Shown here piece after piece: positions 51,201-63,309 of a stretch of DNA of 64,000 nucleotides (position 1 is its first letter; every line of letters begins with the position of its first letter). The notes beneath the pieces were generated by a model. It made no database searches and was not told the origin of the DNA. It saw only the letters and a list, made by a program, of their open reading frames with translations. A program made the translations under genes and the position numbers. The stretch spans positions 248,001 through 312,000 of the forward strand of contig NW_019028993.1 in the NCBI RefSeq assembly GCF_002105155.1, read 5' to 3'. This DNA is from Lobosporangium transversale (taxonomy: Eukaryota).

Positions 51201-51509
51201 TCCTCAATGTTTGTACTCGATGACGATTGGTCGTAGGACTGTCAGAGAGTTGCGGGACTAGCGGGACGCAATAGTCAGACCACCTCCTCGTGGTGCGTCC
51301 TGGGCTGTTTGCTTATCTGCAGACAGGCGAAGAGTCTGACACTCTTTACAACTTTTGGTAATAATTATTTCTTTATTTTTTTTTTTTTTTTTTTAAAAAA
51401 AAAAATCTTTTTATTCAACAAAACATTGGCTCGTCTTGCTGATGTACACTTTTCTTTCATCTCTTAGAACAAAGCCTCCTCACAGTCATCTTTTTTTTTC
51501 GAATACAGA

Positions 51510-51627
51510 AGCGAATGATGAGCCGCTTTGAAGACATAAAGATTTTGGTTGACTATTGTTCGTTAAATAATTCATTTGAGCAGGATTCAACGAGTAGATG
51601 AGCGACTCTGCAACAACGGCTGATGCT
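51510..51627 (+). ncRNA. Candidate box C/D snoRNA (tentative)
   Basis: Box C ATGATGA (51515-51521), box D CTGA (51620-51623), 4-bp terminal stem AGCG/TGCT, and a 10-nt complement to 18S rRNA GUUGUUGCAG near box D. Confidence 0.25.
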
Positions 51628-54600
51628 ACGTCTACGTCGTCTGGAGTACTCTTTTCTAAGCATAGTGCACAGGATATGGCTCAAATGACATCAGGACAAA
51701 TGACATGGGACATTGGATATAGAGCATAGGAAAGCCTCAAGTCAAAAATAAAATACTCAAGGTCGCCAACTACCGTATTTTTATTTTTATTTTTTTTATT
51801 TTCTTTTTACTCAACTTCTAGTTGCTATGGTCTGCGCTTTATCCCAAAGATCGGTATACTAGGACCCATTTGTTTATTGTGTTTGTTTAGGTGTATGCTA
51901 AGGCTGTGTGAAAGCGAAGCAGAGGGCTCTTCAGCAGCTCTATCCACAGCCAAGGCATGAAAAGCTTTGTTACTAAGCTTTTATTCTATTTCCTGCAGAT
52001 GTCTATGTTATTAAGATGCATAGAGGCACCAAGTGAGGACCTGAAGAGCATGTAAACCAGCGGATGCAACAGATCTTTATTCTGTGCTCATGGAGAGCAG
52101 GCAGTGACACTGCGCAGGGTCAGCCAAGCAGCACTGCTTCGGCCGGAAACTGAGTGTGAACGCTATCCTCCTTCGTCAGCCTCTTGAATTCATATTGTGG
52201 TCGCATTAAATGTCGTGTATAAAAAAAATTAAAAAAAAAAAAAAAAAAAGCTTGCCATCAGGTATCCTGGCTGGATAATAAGGAATGCTGATTGCACATG
52301 CACGTGTTGCAAGGTAAATGTGGCTTGCTCATACAGAGAGGTCTGTAACGATCCTATTACATCGTTTATTTCAATCCATAGTATCATTCGTTTGTAGCTC
52401 ATTACTAATTGAATAGCTTGATTACTCACAGCGAGCAAGCATGAGACCGATGACAAAGTATCGCAAATTCGTGTTTATTGCCTACGTCTTTTATATTAAT
52501 CCTTGTTTGATACCTCTAGCGTGACTGTGAGAGTGGGATGGCAGCTATTTTGGTTATTCATTCATACGGGTGGATGCCTTTCAGCCGTTATCCAGGAACC
52601 CTCTGCGCCTGGTTATGACTGTCAATCATCTGGTGCCCCACAGATGCAGGCGGAGAGAGGAACCGTTTTGTTAATTTTGTTGGTTTCATAATTTTGATTA
52701 GACGACTAATATTTGGTCTTGGTCTGAGACGAAGCTTTATAGGATGAAGATGGCTACGACCATCTCAATTTTGATATATATGTTTCATAGCCTAGGCAAT
52801 GACAACGTGGAGATGATTCCGCTCAACGTTATATCATTCATATGGAGCGGACCATTGTCGGCATCTCGCGCAATTCGGCTAATTCAATCTATACTAAAAT
52901 CGTAGGTGTCTAGTTTATTTACTAAAGCCATACGAATTCGTGATTATGTGCTAAGTAACATTGCGATCATGGCACAAGACATTATAGGAAAACCACGGGC
53001 TTTGAATAAAGTGTTTTATAGCCTCCAATAATGACTAGATCTCAATGATGTGTTCCCTCAAACGTTGTCCATGGCCTTCATGATATAACCGGGCTTCAAT
53101 GATGGGTTTCTTCAACCATTGATGCACGTGCATGATACAATTGATTGGGCACTTGAAGGCGTAGAATATTTCTGTGCCATGAGTGTTGAGAAACATGAGA
53201 TATGGTCTGTGCATACGCGTTCTTTTTTTTTTTTTTTTTTTTTTTTAGTGACAATGTTGATTTCATACAGAAAGTTTGTAAGATCCTCGTCCTGGTCAAG
53301 AATCACTTCCATCCAACTCAAGCACCTTACAAAAAGCTCCACAACTCTCGCCATCCCCTATGTCGGCAATACTACGGCGGAACAAAACATCCTCCCTTAA
53401 GTGTCTGTCAAACGCAACGTCCTACTGTAGGCTCGTAACCAGCCTAGATTCTCTCTCAAGCTGAACTGCTGGGGGTCTCATTTTTGAGGACCATTCCCTG
53501 TGGTGTGCATTACTTAGAAAAAGATCAAGTTTGTGAGCAATTGTGCATTGCTCAAGCTGGGATGAACCTTCCTCCTTTACCCTCCTCACGCGTCATTTGA
53601 GCCTAGACACGAGCTAGTTGTACAAAAAGGTTGCTTGAAAAAGATAGGCAAAGCCGAAAAGTGTCATAGTCTGAATACTAAAGCTCAAGTGATTTTGTGA
53701 TAATATCCAGAAAGCACTAAATTTGAGAGCTCTCTAGTGTACTTGATCAATGTCTTCTACCTTAAACCCAATCGATCGCGGACAAGGGTTGTAAAAGCAA
53801 AGTCCTGAACGGAACCGTTCAAGCGACTTCTGTTATCCAATTGGCCATATGTTCCATCCATCTATCGCTTTTTTATCACCATCGCTAGTTGACAATATGG
53901 AAAGTAGTTGGTTGGAAGGAAAGAGATAGATAGATATATATACCGTTATATGTTCACGGCAGCTCTCTTAACAATAACAATGTGGACCAACCTTTCTTTT
54001 TTCCAAGCTTCACGTCTCAGGCCCCGATATATTTTTCTTTCTCTAGATCGATGACGAATAGTTCTTCTCCATATTCGTCCAATTAAAGCCGTGTAAAGGC
54101 TATTCGAAGGATTAATGGAGCCATGCTCTGAAGACGATCCCTTATATCAACATAGTCATCCGCTATTCAGTAAAATGAATATCAAATCAATGAATCACGA
54201 CCAAATTCCATGTCCAATGATTAAATAAACTGTAATTACAACGAGCGATAGGTTTGTTATGATTCTTCCTAGAGATCACGCCGAGCTCGTTGACGGACTA
54301 AAGAACGAGAGGAAGGGATTTTGTAAAAAAAAAAAAAAAAAAGCAGCCACGTTGTTAAATGAAAGTTGGGCTGTTGTTTTTTTGTAATATCAGAAGACTG
54401 TGCCACCAAAAAAAAAAAAAAAAAAAAAAAAGAAAAAGCCAAGAGAGAGTTGACTTACAGTTTTTCTGTGGTACCTGTTAGTTCTCCTCTGTGTCATCGT
54501 GCTCTCAACAACCAGTAAAAAGTGACATCACTTCAGATACATACACGTTCGCTCTCTCTTCATTTCTCTTTCATTTTATATTCCTCATTCATTCTCGTAT

Positions 54601-54641
54601 AAATTCTTTAAATTGTTCATCTGAGAAAATAATAATTAATC

Positions 54642-55775
54642 ATGGCATCAGTCTTGAAATCCTCTGTCGAATCTGTGCAACGGTTCTTTGGCAAACAAAC
54701 TCCTGAGGAAATGGTAAGATATAAAAAAAAAAAAAAAAAAAAACAATCTGGCAAGCTCTTTTCTGTTATTGACTACTCTTTTTTGTTTGGACACATGAAT
54801 ATGAATATATATATAACTAGGTAAGAAAGTGGCGACGCGATATCAATGCTCAACAGCGAGCGTTGGATCGTCAAAAACGTGGGATCGAGGTTGAAGAAAA
54901 CAAGGCCAAGCTTATGATCAAACAAATGGCAAAGAAGGGCGATATTAGAACCTGCAAAATCTTGGCAAAAGAGCTTGTCCGTTCTCGACGACAGAAGGAT
55001 CGCATTGTCACTAGCAAGGCTCAATTGAACTCAATATCCATGCAACTGCAGCATCAGCTTGGTAAAAAAAAAAATATATATATATATATATATAAAATGA
55101 AATGAAATGAAGAACAAGCAGAGGATCAGAAAGGAGAGATATAAAGAATATTGACAAGTCGTTTAACTTTTGTAATCATTTATCTATTTACTGTAGCCAC
55201 ATTAAAAATTGCTGGCACTTTGCAAAAGAGTTCTGAAGTCATGGGCTTGGTCAACAGTCTTGTTAAATTACCAGAGATTTCAATTACAATGCGAGAAATG
55301 ACCAAGGAGATGATGAAGGTAAAGAAAAAAGGAGATAAGAGTATCTATTACCAATAATATTCTAACTCTATCTTTGTTGTTTTTTTTTTTTTTTTTTTTT
55401 TTTTGCTAAAATACAACTGTATGCTACCATTTAGGCTGGAATTATTGATGAAATGCTGGAGGAAACCATGGAATCATTGGATGACGAAGAAGTTGAAGAA
55501 GAAGCAGAGGAGGAAGTCAACAAAGTCTTATTCCAGATTACAGATGGTAGGGGAGCTTTTATTATTCAATTTTTTTATAAGATGGTGTTAATATTGTAAG
55601 ACCTGTCTGTAGTGAGATGATACTAAGAGTTTTTTTTTTTTTTAAAAAAATTATAGGTCTGTTGGGCGAAGCACCATTGGCAGCAGGAAAACTGCCAACT
55701 GTAGGATTGGAAGAAGAGGAGGAGGAGCCAGCATTAGACGATATGCAGCGACGTTTGGAAGCTCTCAAGAGCTAA
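54642..55775 (+). CDS. VPS24: ESCRT-III subunit Vps24/CHMP3, 221 aa
   Basis: Exons 54642-54713, 54821-55061, 55197-55318, 55435-55546 and 55657-55775. TPEEMVRKW...LAKELVRSR...SKAQLNSISMQLQHQLATLKIAGTLQKS...MMKAGIIDEM...MQRRLEALKS*. Confidence 0.95.
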
Positions 55776-55798
55776 GAGAGGATAGGAAGGCAATGTTG

Positions 55799-55836
<38 letters not shown>

Positions 55837-55934
55837 TATGACGACTAGACTCTTTTCTATTATGTCGTTGAACTGAAGACATGATACTTAATACATCAAA
55901 AAGATTGACAGTGGGACCTCAAATGCTTTTTATT

Positions 55935-57095
55935 CTAAATCAAAGAGACTTTTGTCCTTGCTAAACCTCCATGATAATTTTTGATTGGCATAGGAGCTCT
56001 TTGAAGTCTCCGGAATGCCTCTCGAATATGTCGTGGCTGCAATGGGCTCTGTTCGCTTGGTGGTAATGAGAACAATCCTGGCATGTCATCATCTAAATCC
56101 ATATCCTCACCTCCTATATTGTCATCGCCTCCACTGTTGCCATTGTTGCCATTAACCCCTCCGTTGTTGCTACCACTATTGCTGTTTTCATCATGGCTTC
56201 CTCCAGCTCCCCCATTGCTATTATTCGTACCATTGCCGCCACCACCGCCATTGCCATTACTATTACCATTGCTACTATCCTGCTGATTACTCTTGGATTT
56301 GGCTGCAACGACAGCTTCACGATAAAGCCTCTGTTTTTCATCCTCTTCCCTCTTGACTTTGAGGGCAGTTTCTGTGAGGGTAGTAACCATTTCAAAGGTC
56401 AGAAATCCAAGGATATCGATGATATCGTCGTTAGGTTTCATATCGATGTAAGCCGACATGTTGGCCCATTCCCGGAATCGTTTGGCTTTGCGATAAGTGA
56501 ATGAAGCCTGTCGACATTCACTATAGTGTTCGTACTCCTCTCTTGTCATTGCAAATGTTACTCTATCCGCATCCTTAATAAGAATAGAACAAGTCGTTAA
56601 AAAAAGAATAAAAAAATAAAAATAAAAATAAAAAGATCGAAGAATCAACTCACCCTCAGTCTCTGCATTGAATCCAAGTATGCATCTTCATCATCATCAT
56701 CCTCCTCCTCCTCCTCTCCAGTCCCCACCATAGCGTCTGCAAATGCATTCAGCAGCTCCCAGCTCAATTTGACACGCATTCTCCTAGCCTTATTGCCAGG
56801 TACGACCGCTCCAGCAGGATCTACGCCTTTTTTACCTCCAGGTCCACCATCGCCTGCTCCACCCTTCACATCTGCAGCATCTTCCACTCCCACTACATCA
56901 TCTGCTCCAGCGCCTCCTGTTCCATCTGAAGAATCCTTCACATTTTTCCGAACATCCTTCCATGAGAGATATGTCCTTAAACGATTGACTTTGGGACGAT
57001 CGTGTCGGATTAAAAATATTAAATCTTCTGCTGACATGAACCTGGATCCACGTTTCCGTGCTTGTTGTGCTGCTAAACATATCTTTTTTAGGAAG

Positions 57096-57126
<31 letters not shown>

Positions 57127-57470
57127 GTTTTCTGTGTGCAAGTTCATAAGATTCCAAGTAACGGATTTTTTTTTTTTTTTTTTAGCCTTAATATCTTACA
57201 ATCTCAATAACTTGTGAACGGACAATGTCCTCCACAAGCATAGTGGTTTCTTGAATTGCATCCGAAACTTCTCCAAAGACGAACATCATTTGTTGAATCT
57301 CGGTTTGATACCGGTACCGAGATTTCTCTCTTGGTTTCACCTCATCCTATTTTAGAAAAAAAAAAAAAAAAAAAAAAAAGATCTAAATAAGATCAACAAG
57401 TGTAGCCTTCATTAGAGACAATGCTTGAAAAATCGTTTTTTTTTTTTCCTTTTCTTCTCCTTACAGCCAT
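55935..57470 (-). CDS. SPT3: SAGA subunit Spt3, ~406 aa
   Basis: Exons 57470-57465 (6 nt), 57346-57200, 57082-56654 and 56573-55935. [79 protein letters not shown]. Confidence 0.94.
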
Positions 57471-59291
57471 GCTTTCTTTTTTTTTTTTTTTTTTTTTTTC
57501 TTTTAAGGTATTCTAATTGAACAAAATGGGGCTGGCGCTCCTAATGTTGATTTGGTTGGCTGGTTGGTTGGTGATGGTTTTTTTTTTTTTACTGGTGAAT
57601 GCGAGTGGGCGATGCATTTTTTTTTTTTTTTTTTTTTGGTTCGTGACTGGCCAACGCGTTTCTGATCGATTACTTCTTTTGGAAGAACTCGTCTTGCAAC
57701 TTTGTATCACAAAAAATAAGACTGCTCAATCCTCCTCAGCTCGCTTTTTTGCAACCCATGGTGAACTGCTTTATTTTTTACTTTTTAGTTTTACTTTTTT
57801 TTATAAAGTTGTTGAAACCCGTTAGGCAGTGTAGGACTATTTCTCCATCACGCGAGCGCGAAATAGGGACGGCGAGAAATCTCATTCGTTGTTTGAATTG
57901 TCTGGTTGAACAGTTTCGATGTGAAAATATATATTAATACATGGAGGTTCAATATCATACATAGTCGATTGTTTGCCCAATGTCGATTATACTAAGCCTG
58001 AAATCAAGTGAGTGAACATTCAATGGATTCGCGCCTTTTTTTGAAGGTACAAGGCGAATGAGGGGTATTCTAATTAAAGATATCATTGTTTATTAATGAT
58101 GTGCCATAAAAGTGATACGACAGTATAATACACATGAGACCATTTGTCTCCACATCGGACACAGTTCAGTTTATCATTCTAGCGTTATTTTACTACTCAA
58201 TGCATGGTTGACGTTGAATAAAACACAATGAACCACTTACAAGAGGCTCCGACTGTATCATCACCTTCATATGTATCACATTTTCCCACTCCATCCTCAA
58301 TACCATCTTGCGCTTGATCCTGCATAGATTGATATGTACGAATCTGCATTCAATACACAGATTGTATCCGAATCGTTAGCCTTTGATCGTTCAACCTGGT
58401 GGTATTGACATTGTCAATAGTATTCTCTAGAGTATGAAAGCTTTTTTTGCCGATAGGTCTTGGCGATGATTCACTTAACTGGCATTTGTTCTAAACTGGA
58501 TGCCTGAAATATGTATAGGATCATGTAATTATTAGACGGAAGACGAAACAATGCTTTTATTATGATCCTTAATACTTCGTTAATGAAAGAAGCCAGAGTA
58601 CAGTAAACCCAGAGCAGACAAGTGACTCGAAAATTATATAACGCTATTGGTATATACAATCTGCCTAGGCGACTTTTCAAATACGACCAGGCGAGGAGAT
58701 TACTTGCCAAGAGCTCCACGTTGCTCTGAAAACCTCGTACTGCCTTCGCTCAACCCAGCCCAGTTATATCTTGAATAACATGCATCACCAACATAGAGAG
58801 TCGCTCGCTTCATGGCGTCATTTTAGGCGATGCGGACTTTGCACAGTGTGCCTCATTCAGAGACATCCAGATACAAAGGCGTCTCAGTAATTCATGTAAT
58901 TTTTGAATAACCACTCAATGTACTGGGAACCAACGACTTTGCTTGTCGCAAGCTTACCATAAGCGGTGAAATGTTAAAATCAGTCACCAATCATATTTAA
59001 TGGACCAAACGAAACGGACTGACGCGTACACGTATACTAAACACTAAACACTAAGACAGTGTTCTAGGGTACAGCGACAAATCAGGAGGGATAGGGATAT
59101 TACGCGCCTTCTAAATTTAGTATTGGAAGTGATGTAATGAAAAAAAGATCCCAGCTCCTTTGTTCTCAATGATCTCACTATGATTATTATAATACAGCCA
59201 GATACTCGAGACGCGCTCTACGAGCTTCGTCATATGCCAAACTTCACTACTCTACTAAGACAAAGACAAAGACACCCAAAATGTTCACACG

Positions 59292-59322
<31 letters not shown>

Positions 59323-59335
59323 TATAAAAAGGCCT
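59323..59335 (+). promoter_or_regulatory. TATA box of stress gene copy 1
   Basis: TATAAAAAGGCCT about 90 nt upstream of the ATG; identical upstream of the paralog. Confidence 0.65.
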
Positions 59336-59411
59336 AGTCTGTCCACAATTGTTTCAATCAGCAATCTCTTAAGCAACTACCCTCCCAAAAAAAAAAAAAA
59401 ACACTTTCAAC

Positions 59412-59708
59412 ATGTCTAACAACTTGAGCGACCGCGTTTCAAACACCGCCAACTCCTATGTCGGAGGAGCCAAGCAGACCATCGGCGAGACCCTCGGCAA
59501 CAACAACCTCGCTGCCTCTGGAGCTCAGCAGAAGTCTGAAGCTGAGGCCCGTCAGGCTGCCGCTGATGCCAAGACCCACGCTGAGGGCATCGGCCACACT
59601 GCCCAGGGCAAGGTTCAACAGACTGTCGGATCCCTCACCGGAAACACCTCCCAACAGGCCCGTGGACATGCCAACGAGACCCAGGGCACCCTCGAGCGCA
59701 ATGTCTAA
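59412..59708 (+). CDS. Small hydrophilic CsbD/LEA-like stress protein, copy 1 (98 aa)
   Basis: Intronless, strong codon bias, Gly/Ala/Gln/Thr-rich. Two CsbD-like repeats (GGAKQTIGETLGN..L.ASG and GKVQQTVGSLTGN..QQARG). Confidence 0.8.
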   Translation: MSNNLSDRVSNTANSYVGGAKQTIGETLGNNNLAASGAQQKSEAEARQAAADAKTHAEGIGHTAQGKVQQTVGSLTGNTSQQARGHANETQGTLERNV

Positions 59709-60562
59709 ATTATATACATAAAAAAAAAAAAAAAAAAATAACAACCGCTACAAGTTATTTGTAAATAATAAAACTCTCTTGTACTCTATTTTTTTTTTTT
59801 TTTCCATCAAATGCTGAATATGTGAAATTGTCTGCAATGCATCATGAATGGAAAAAATAATGATGGTATAAAGCAAGTGCTAATGAAACAAACGAAAAAC
59901 GATAGTATCAAGTAGCTTAGTTTGCTTGGAATGTGGAATAAACTGTCCTCACAATATACATATATACATATTCATTGTTTCTCTTAAACTGGAGATGATT
60001 CCAATCGCTTGTTCCTTAATCAAGCATAGATATATCGCTCTAGCCATCTTTGTAGAAATTAAAAAAGCGTTCATTGTGATAGTCGTTAAAATATATGCAA
60101 AAAAAAAAAAAAAAAAAAAAAAAAAACGGCAGTTTTGTCAAGTGAGAGGTGGAATGGTGCCCCTATTCGCTTGATTGATTGTAAAAAAGATTGAATATAC
60201 AAATTATGCAAAGTCATTACCGTCTTTCTGTTTTTCCAAACGACAAAGGATTATCATTGTTCATTTGTTCATTTGTTCATTAGAAAGGAAAATCCACAAC
60301 AGGTTAGACCAAGCATATCAAGCATGTGCAAATGGTTCACTTTCCTTACTTTTGCACGCAATTTCCATATTGTATTACATCACACCAGAATAGGTCGTCC
60401 ACTCCTGTGAGGAAATAGTGACGAAAATAGTAAGTAACATGACCCGTGCTCCATTACATGAAAAAATTAAAATTTATGATCTCACTATGATCATTTTGAT
60501 TTATAGATTTTCAACAGGGGATCATTTCCAGGATAGGGCTTGTTACCGACCCCGTCAAAAGG

Positions 60563-60575
60563 TATAAAAAGGCCT
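60563..60575 (+). promoter_or_regulatory. TATA box of stress gene copy 2
   Basis: TATAAAAAGGCCT, identical to 59323-59335. Confidence 0.65.
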
Positions 60576-60678
60576 CTCTGACCCACCAATCACTCTTCAT
60601 CAACATCATCAACAACAACAAAACTCTTACAACCACTACTCTACACACAAAAAAAAAAAAAACCAACTACTCTTCAAC

Positions 60679-60975
60679 ATGTCCAACAACTTGAGCGACC
60701 GCGTTTCCAACACCGCCAACTCCTACATTGGAGGAGCCAAGCAGGCCATCGGTGAGACCCTCGGCAACAGCAACCTCGCTGCCTCTGGAGCTCATCAGAA
60801 GTCTGAAGCTGAGGCCCGCCAGGCTGCCGCTGATGCCAAGACCCACGCTGAGGGTGTTGGCCACAAGGTCGAGGGCAAGGCTCAACAGACTGTCGGATCC
60901 ATCACCGGAAACACCTCCCAACAGGCCCGTGGACATGCCAACGAGGTCAAGGGCGACCTCGAGCGTCACGTCTAA
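60679..60975 (+). CDS. Small hydrophilic CsbD/LEA-like stress protein, copy 2 (98 aa)
   Basis: Tandem paralog of 59412-59708, same length, mostly conservative substitutions. Confidence 0.8.
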   Translation: MSNNLSDRVSNTANSYIGGAKQAIGETLGNSNLAASGAHQKSEAEARQAAADAKTHAEGVGHKVEGKAQQTVGSITGNTSQQARGHANEVKGDLERHV

Positions 60976-62103
60976 ATCGATAGGATTCAAGAACACAAAC
61001 CATCCAATTCTGTACAGTGTTGTATCATAATAAAGAACTTTTAAAAAAAAACCCCCCTTGTCAATTGTGTTAATTATGAGATAACAGGGACAGGAAAAAC
61101 AAAGGGGTCGAGGATCTGTGTAATATTAAAAGGAATTCTGCTATGCTGCAGTGCCTGAAAAATAAATATGAAACGTAGAAACAAGTTTTTTCTTTCCATA
61201 ATAACCAATGGTCTAATCTAGCAAAAGGATAAATATCTCGCCAGCGAGTAAAAAGAGATCTCCCAAATGACAAATGTGTGTATGTGCTGATAGCCTACAT
61301 AGTTTGTTTTATGTTTTAATTTCATGAAGATTAGACAAGGACTGGATACACTGTATCTACATGTAGACTACACATGCTGGTTTCTTTTTTGTCCCGTAAA
61401 CATAGATGGAACAGGAACCATGATAAACAAATGACAAAGGTAGAGAAGGGGTATGGAATGACGCTAGTGTATTTAGCGTTCACTAATTTTTTTTATATTT
61501 GCATGTGTTAATGAACGTACTGAAATACTCGATATCACGTCTTTAAATACTCATTCTGCTTCTCAAAGTAGATAAAGCCAGCGATAAAAGAGTGATGGAT
61601 AGCTAATTTACAGTGTTTAACGTTCGTATTATCTGGCTGGGATGTGTGTGAAAGTGCGAGTGTTGGAGGATCAGGCTGCAGGGGCCAAGCTGGAGGGAAA
61701 ACGAATATCGCACGTCACTTGATAGTTTTATATTTATTAAGACAATATTCAGTCTAGTAGATTTCAATTCAAAAAGATAAGCCTTTTGGAATTAATCGGT
61801 ACTCAAAAAATTAGTCTATTTCTATATCCGCCTTAGTGTACGTGTGAATACGTAAAAAGAAAAATAAAGAGAGAAAGGGGAAAGTGACGATTATGGGCCC
61901 CGTCTCTATCTTTATCCGGAAATTCATGGGTGCTCAAAGCCGTTACTATAAAAACCATCGTCCTCTTCTTCAAATTCTTTGTTTTTCCCCCTCTTTGATA
62001 TACAGCGCCATAACACATTCATTCTTTTCAGAAGATCATATTTATACCATCATTTATACTACCCGAACAGAAAAAAAAAAAAAAAAAGAAAAAGAAAAAG
62101 AAA

Positions 62104-63069
62104 ATGTTGCAATCAAGAGTCGCATTTATCGGCGGAGGCAACATGGCGGAAGCCATTCTTGGTGGCCTTCTTGCTTGTGGCTATCCTCTTTCTCAATGTG
62201 TTGTCTCAGAACCCATGCAGGCTCGTTGTGAATTCCTTCAAAAGAAATATCCAGGTCTACAAGTCCTCTCCGGCCCACAAGCTAACCAATTGGCCGTTAG
62301 TGGATCCAATTCTTCTCAGCGGATCACTACGATGATTACAGAAGGTGCTATTCATGTCAACCCGACGGCTTCTTCCATGGACTTTGCACCTGCAGAAGTC
62401 GTCATCTTGGCTGTCAAACCTCAAGTACTTCAACCCGTTGTTTCAAGTTTAAGCCCAGCTTTACAAGCTCGTCAACCTCTTGTCATCTCGATCGCTGCAG
62501 GGATCGAAACTCGTGCAATCGCTCAATTTATGACTGAAGGAACTCAGTATTTACCCAAGGACATGCCCCCTGTCATCCGTGTAATGCCCAATACCCCCTC
62601 ACTCGTCAACGAAGGCGCTGCAGGGCTCTATGCTACATCGGATACTACCCAACAACAACGTGAAATCGCAGAGTCATTGATGGCTGCGGTTTCAAAACAA
62701 GTATCTTGGGTCGAGAAAGAAAGCTTGATCGACACAGTCACAGGTGTGTCGGGATCAGGTCCAGCTTATTTCTTCCTGATGATGGAAGCTATGGAGGATG
62801 CTGCTGTCAAGTTGGGAATGGACCGTGAGACAGCAAAGGCTTTGACTATTCAGACATGTTTGGGCGCAGCCAAAATGGCTCAATCAAGTTCAGATGATCT
62901 TAAGACCCTTCGGGTCAAAGTCACATCCCCGCAAGGAACTACTGACGCCGCAATCAAGACCTTTGAGAAGGGTGGATTACGTGAGTTGGTTTATGAGAGT
63001 GTTAAGGCTGCAGATTCGAGGAGTAAGAGCTTGGCAACTGAGTTGGGCGGCAACAACGCAAAATTATAA
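62104..63069 (+). CDS. PRO3: Pyrroline-5-carboxylate reductase, 321 aa, intronless
   Basis: FIGGGNMA Rossmann motif, LAVKPQ, SIAAG, RVMPNTP, SGSGPAYFF, VTSPQGTT. Confidence 0.95.
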   Translation: MLQSRVAFIGGGNMAEAILGGLLACGYPLSQCVVSEPMQARCEFLQKKYPGLQVLSGPQANQLAVSGSNSSQRITTMITEGAIHVNPTASSMDFAPAEVVILAVKPQVLQPVVSSLSPALQARQPLVISIAAGIETRAIAQFMTEGTQYLPKDMPPVIRVMPNTPSLVNEGAAGLYATSDTTQQQREIAESLMAAVSKQVSWVEKESLIDTVTGVSGSGPAYFFLMMEAMEDAAVKLGMDRETAKALTIQTCLGAAKMAQSSSDDLKTLRVKVTSPQGTTDAAIKTFEKGGLRELVYESVKAADSRSKSLATELGGNNAKL

Positions 63070-63309
63070 AGCTATAATTTAATTTCCTTTTTTTTTTCTT
63101 ACAACCTTGTACACATACCTCACACTCGCACGCGCATAAAATGTGAACAAACAGTCTTCCTTCAAGCATATTTCTTTCATGTAATTATTTAATAAAGATT
63201 AGTCGTAGCAGCATCCAAGCTCTTGGCGCCATTGGCTTTTGTCCAAAAAAAAAAAAAAAAAAAAGTCTTCCCTAAACTACTCTTTTTTTTTTTACTACAT
63301 TACTTGAGA

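Noticed and set aside
51100..51345. RNase P/MRP, SRP, U3 or telomerase RNA
   Set aside because: Diagnostic conserved motifs (P4 helix strands, SRP helix 8 loop, U3 boxes, CTAACCCTAA template) were not found.
59439..61030. Antisense and alternative-frame ORFs over both CsbD-like genes
   Set aside because: Expected shadows of strong codon bias in the real genes.
62296..62395. Possible intron explaining the insertion in P5CR (GTTAGT...TGCAG)
   Set aside because: Its 100-nt length would shift the frame, and the ORF is open across it.
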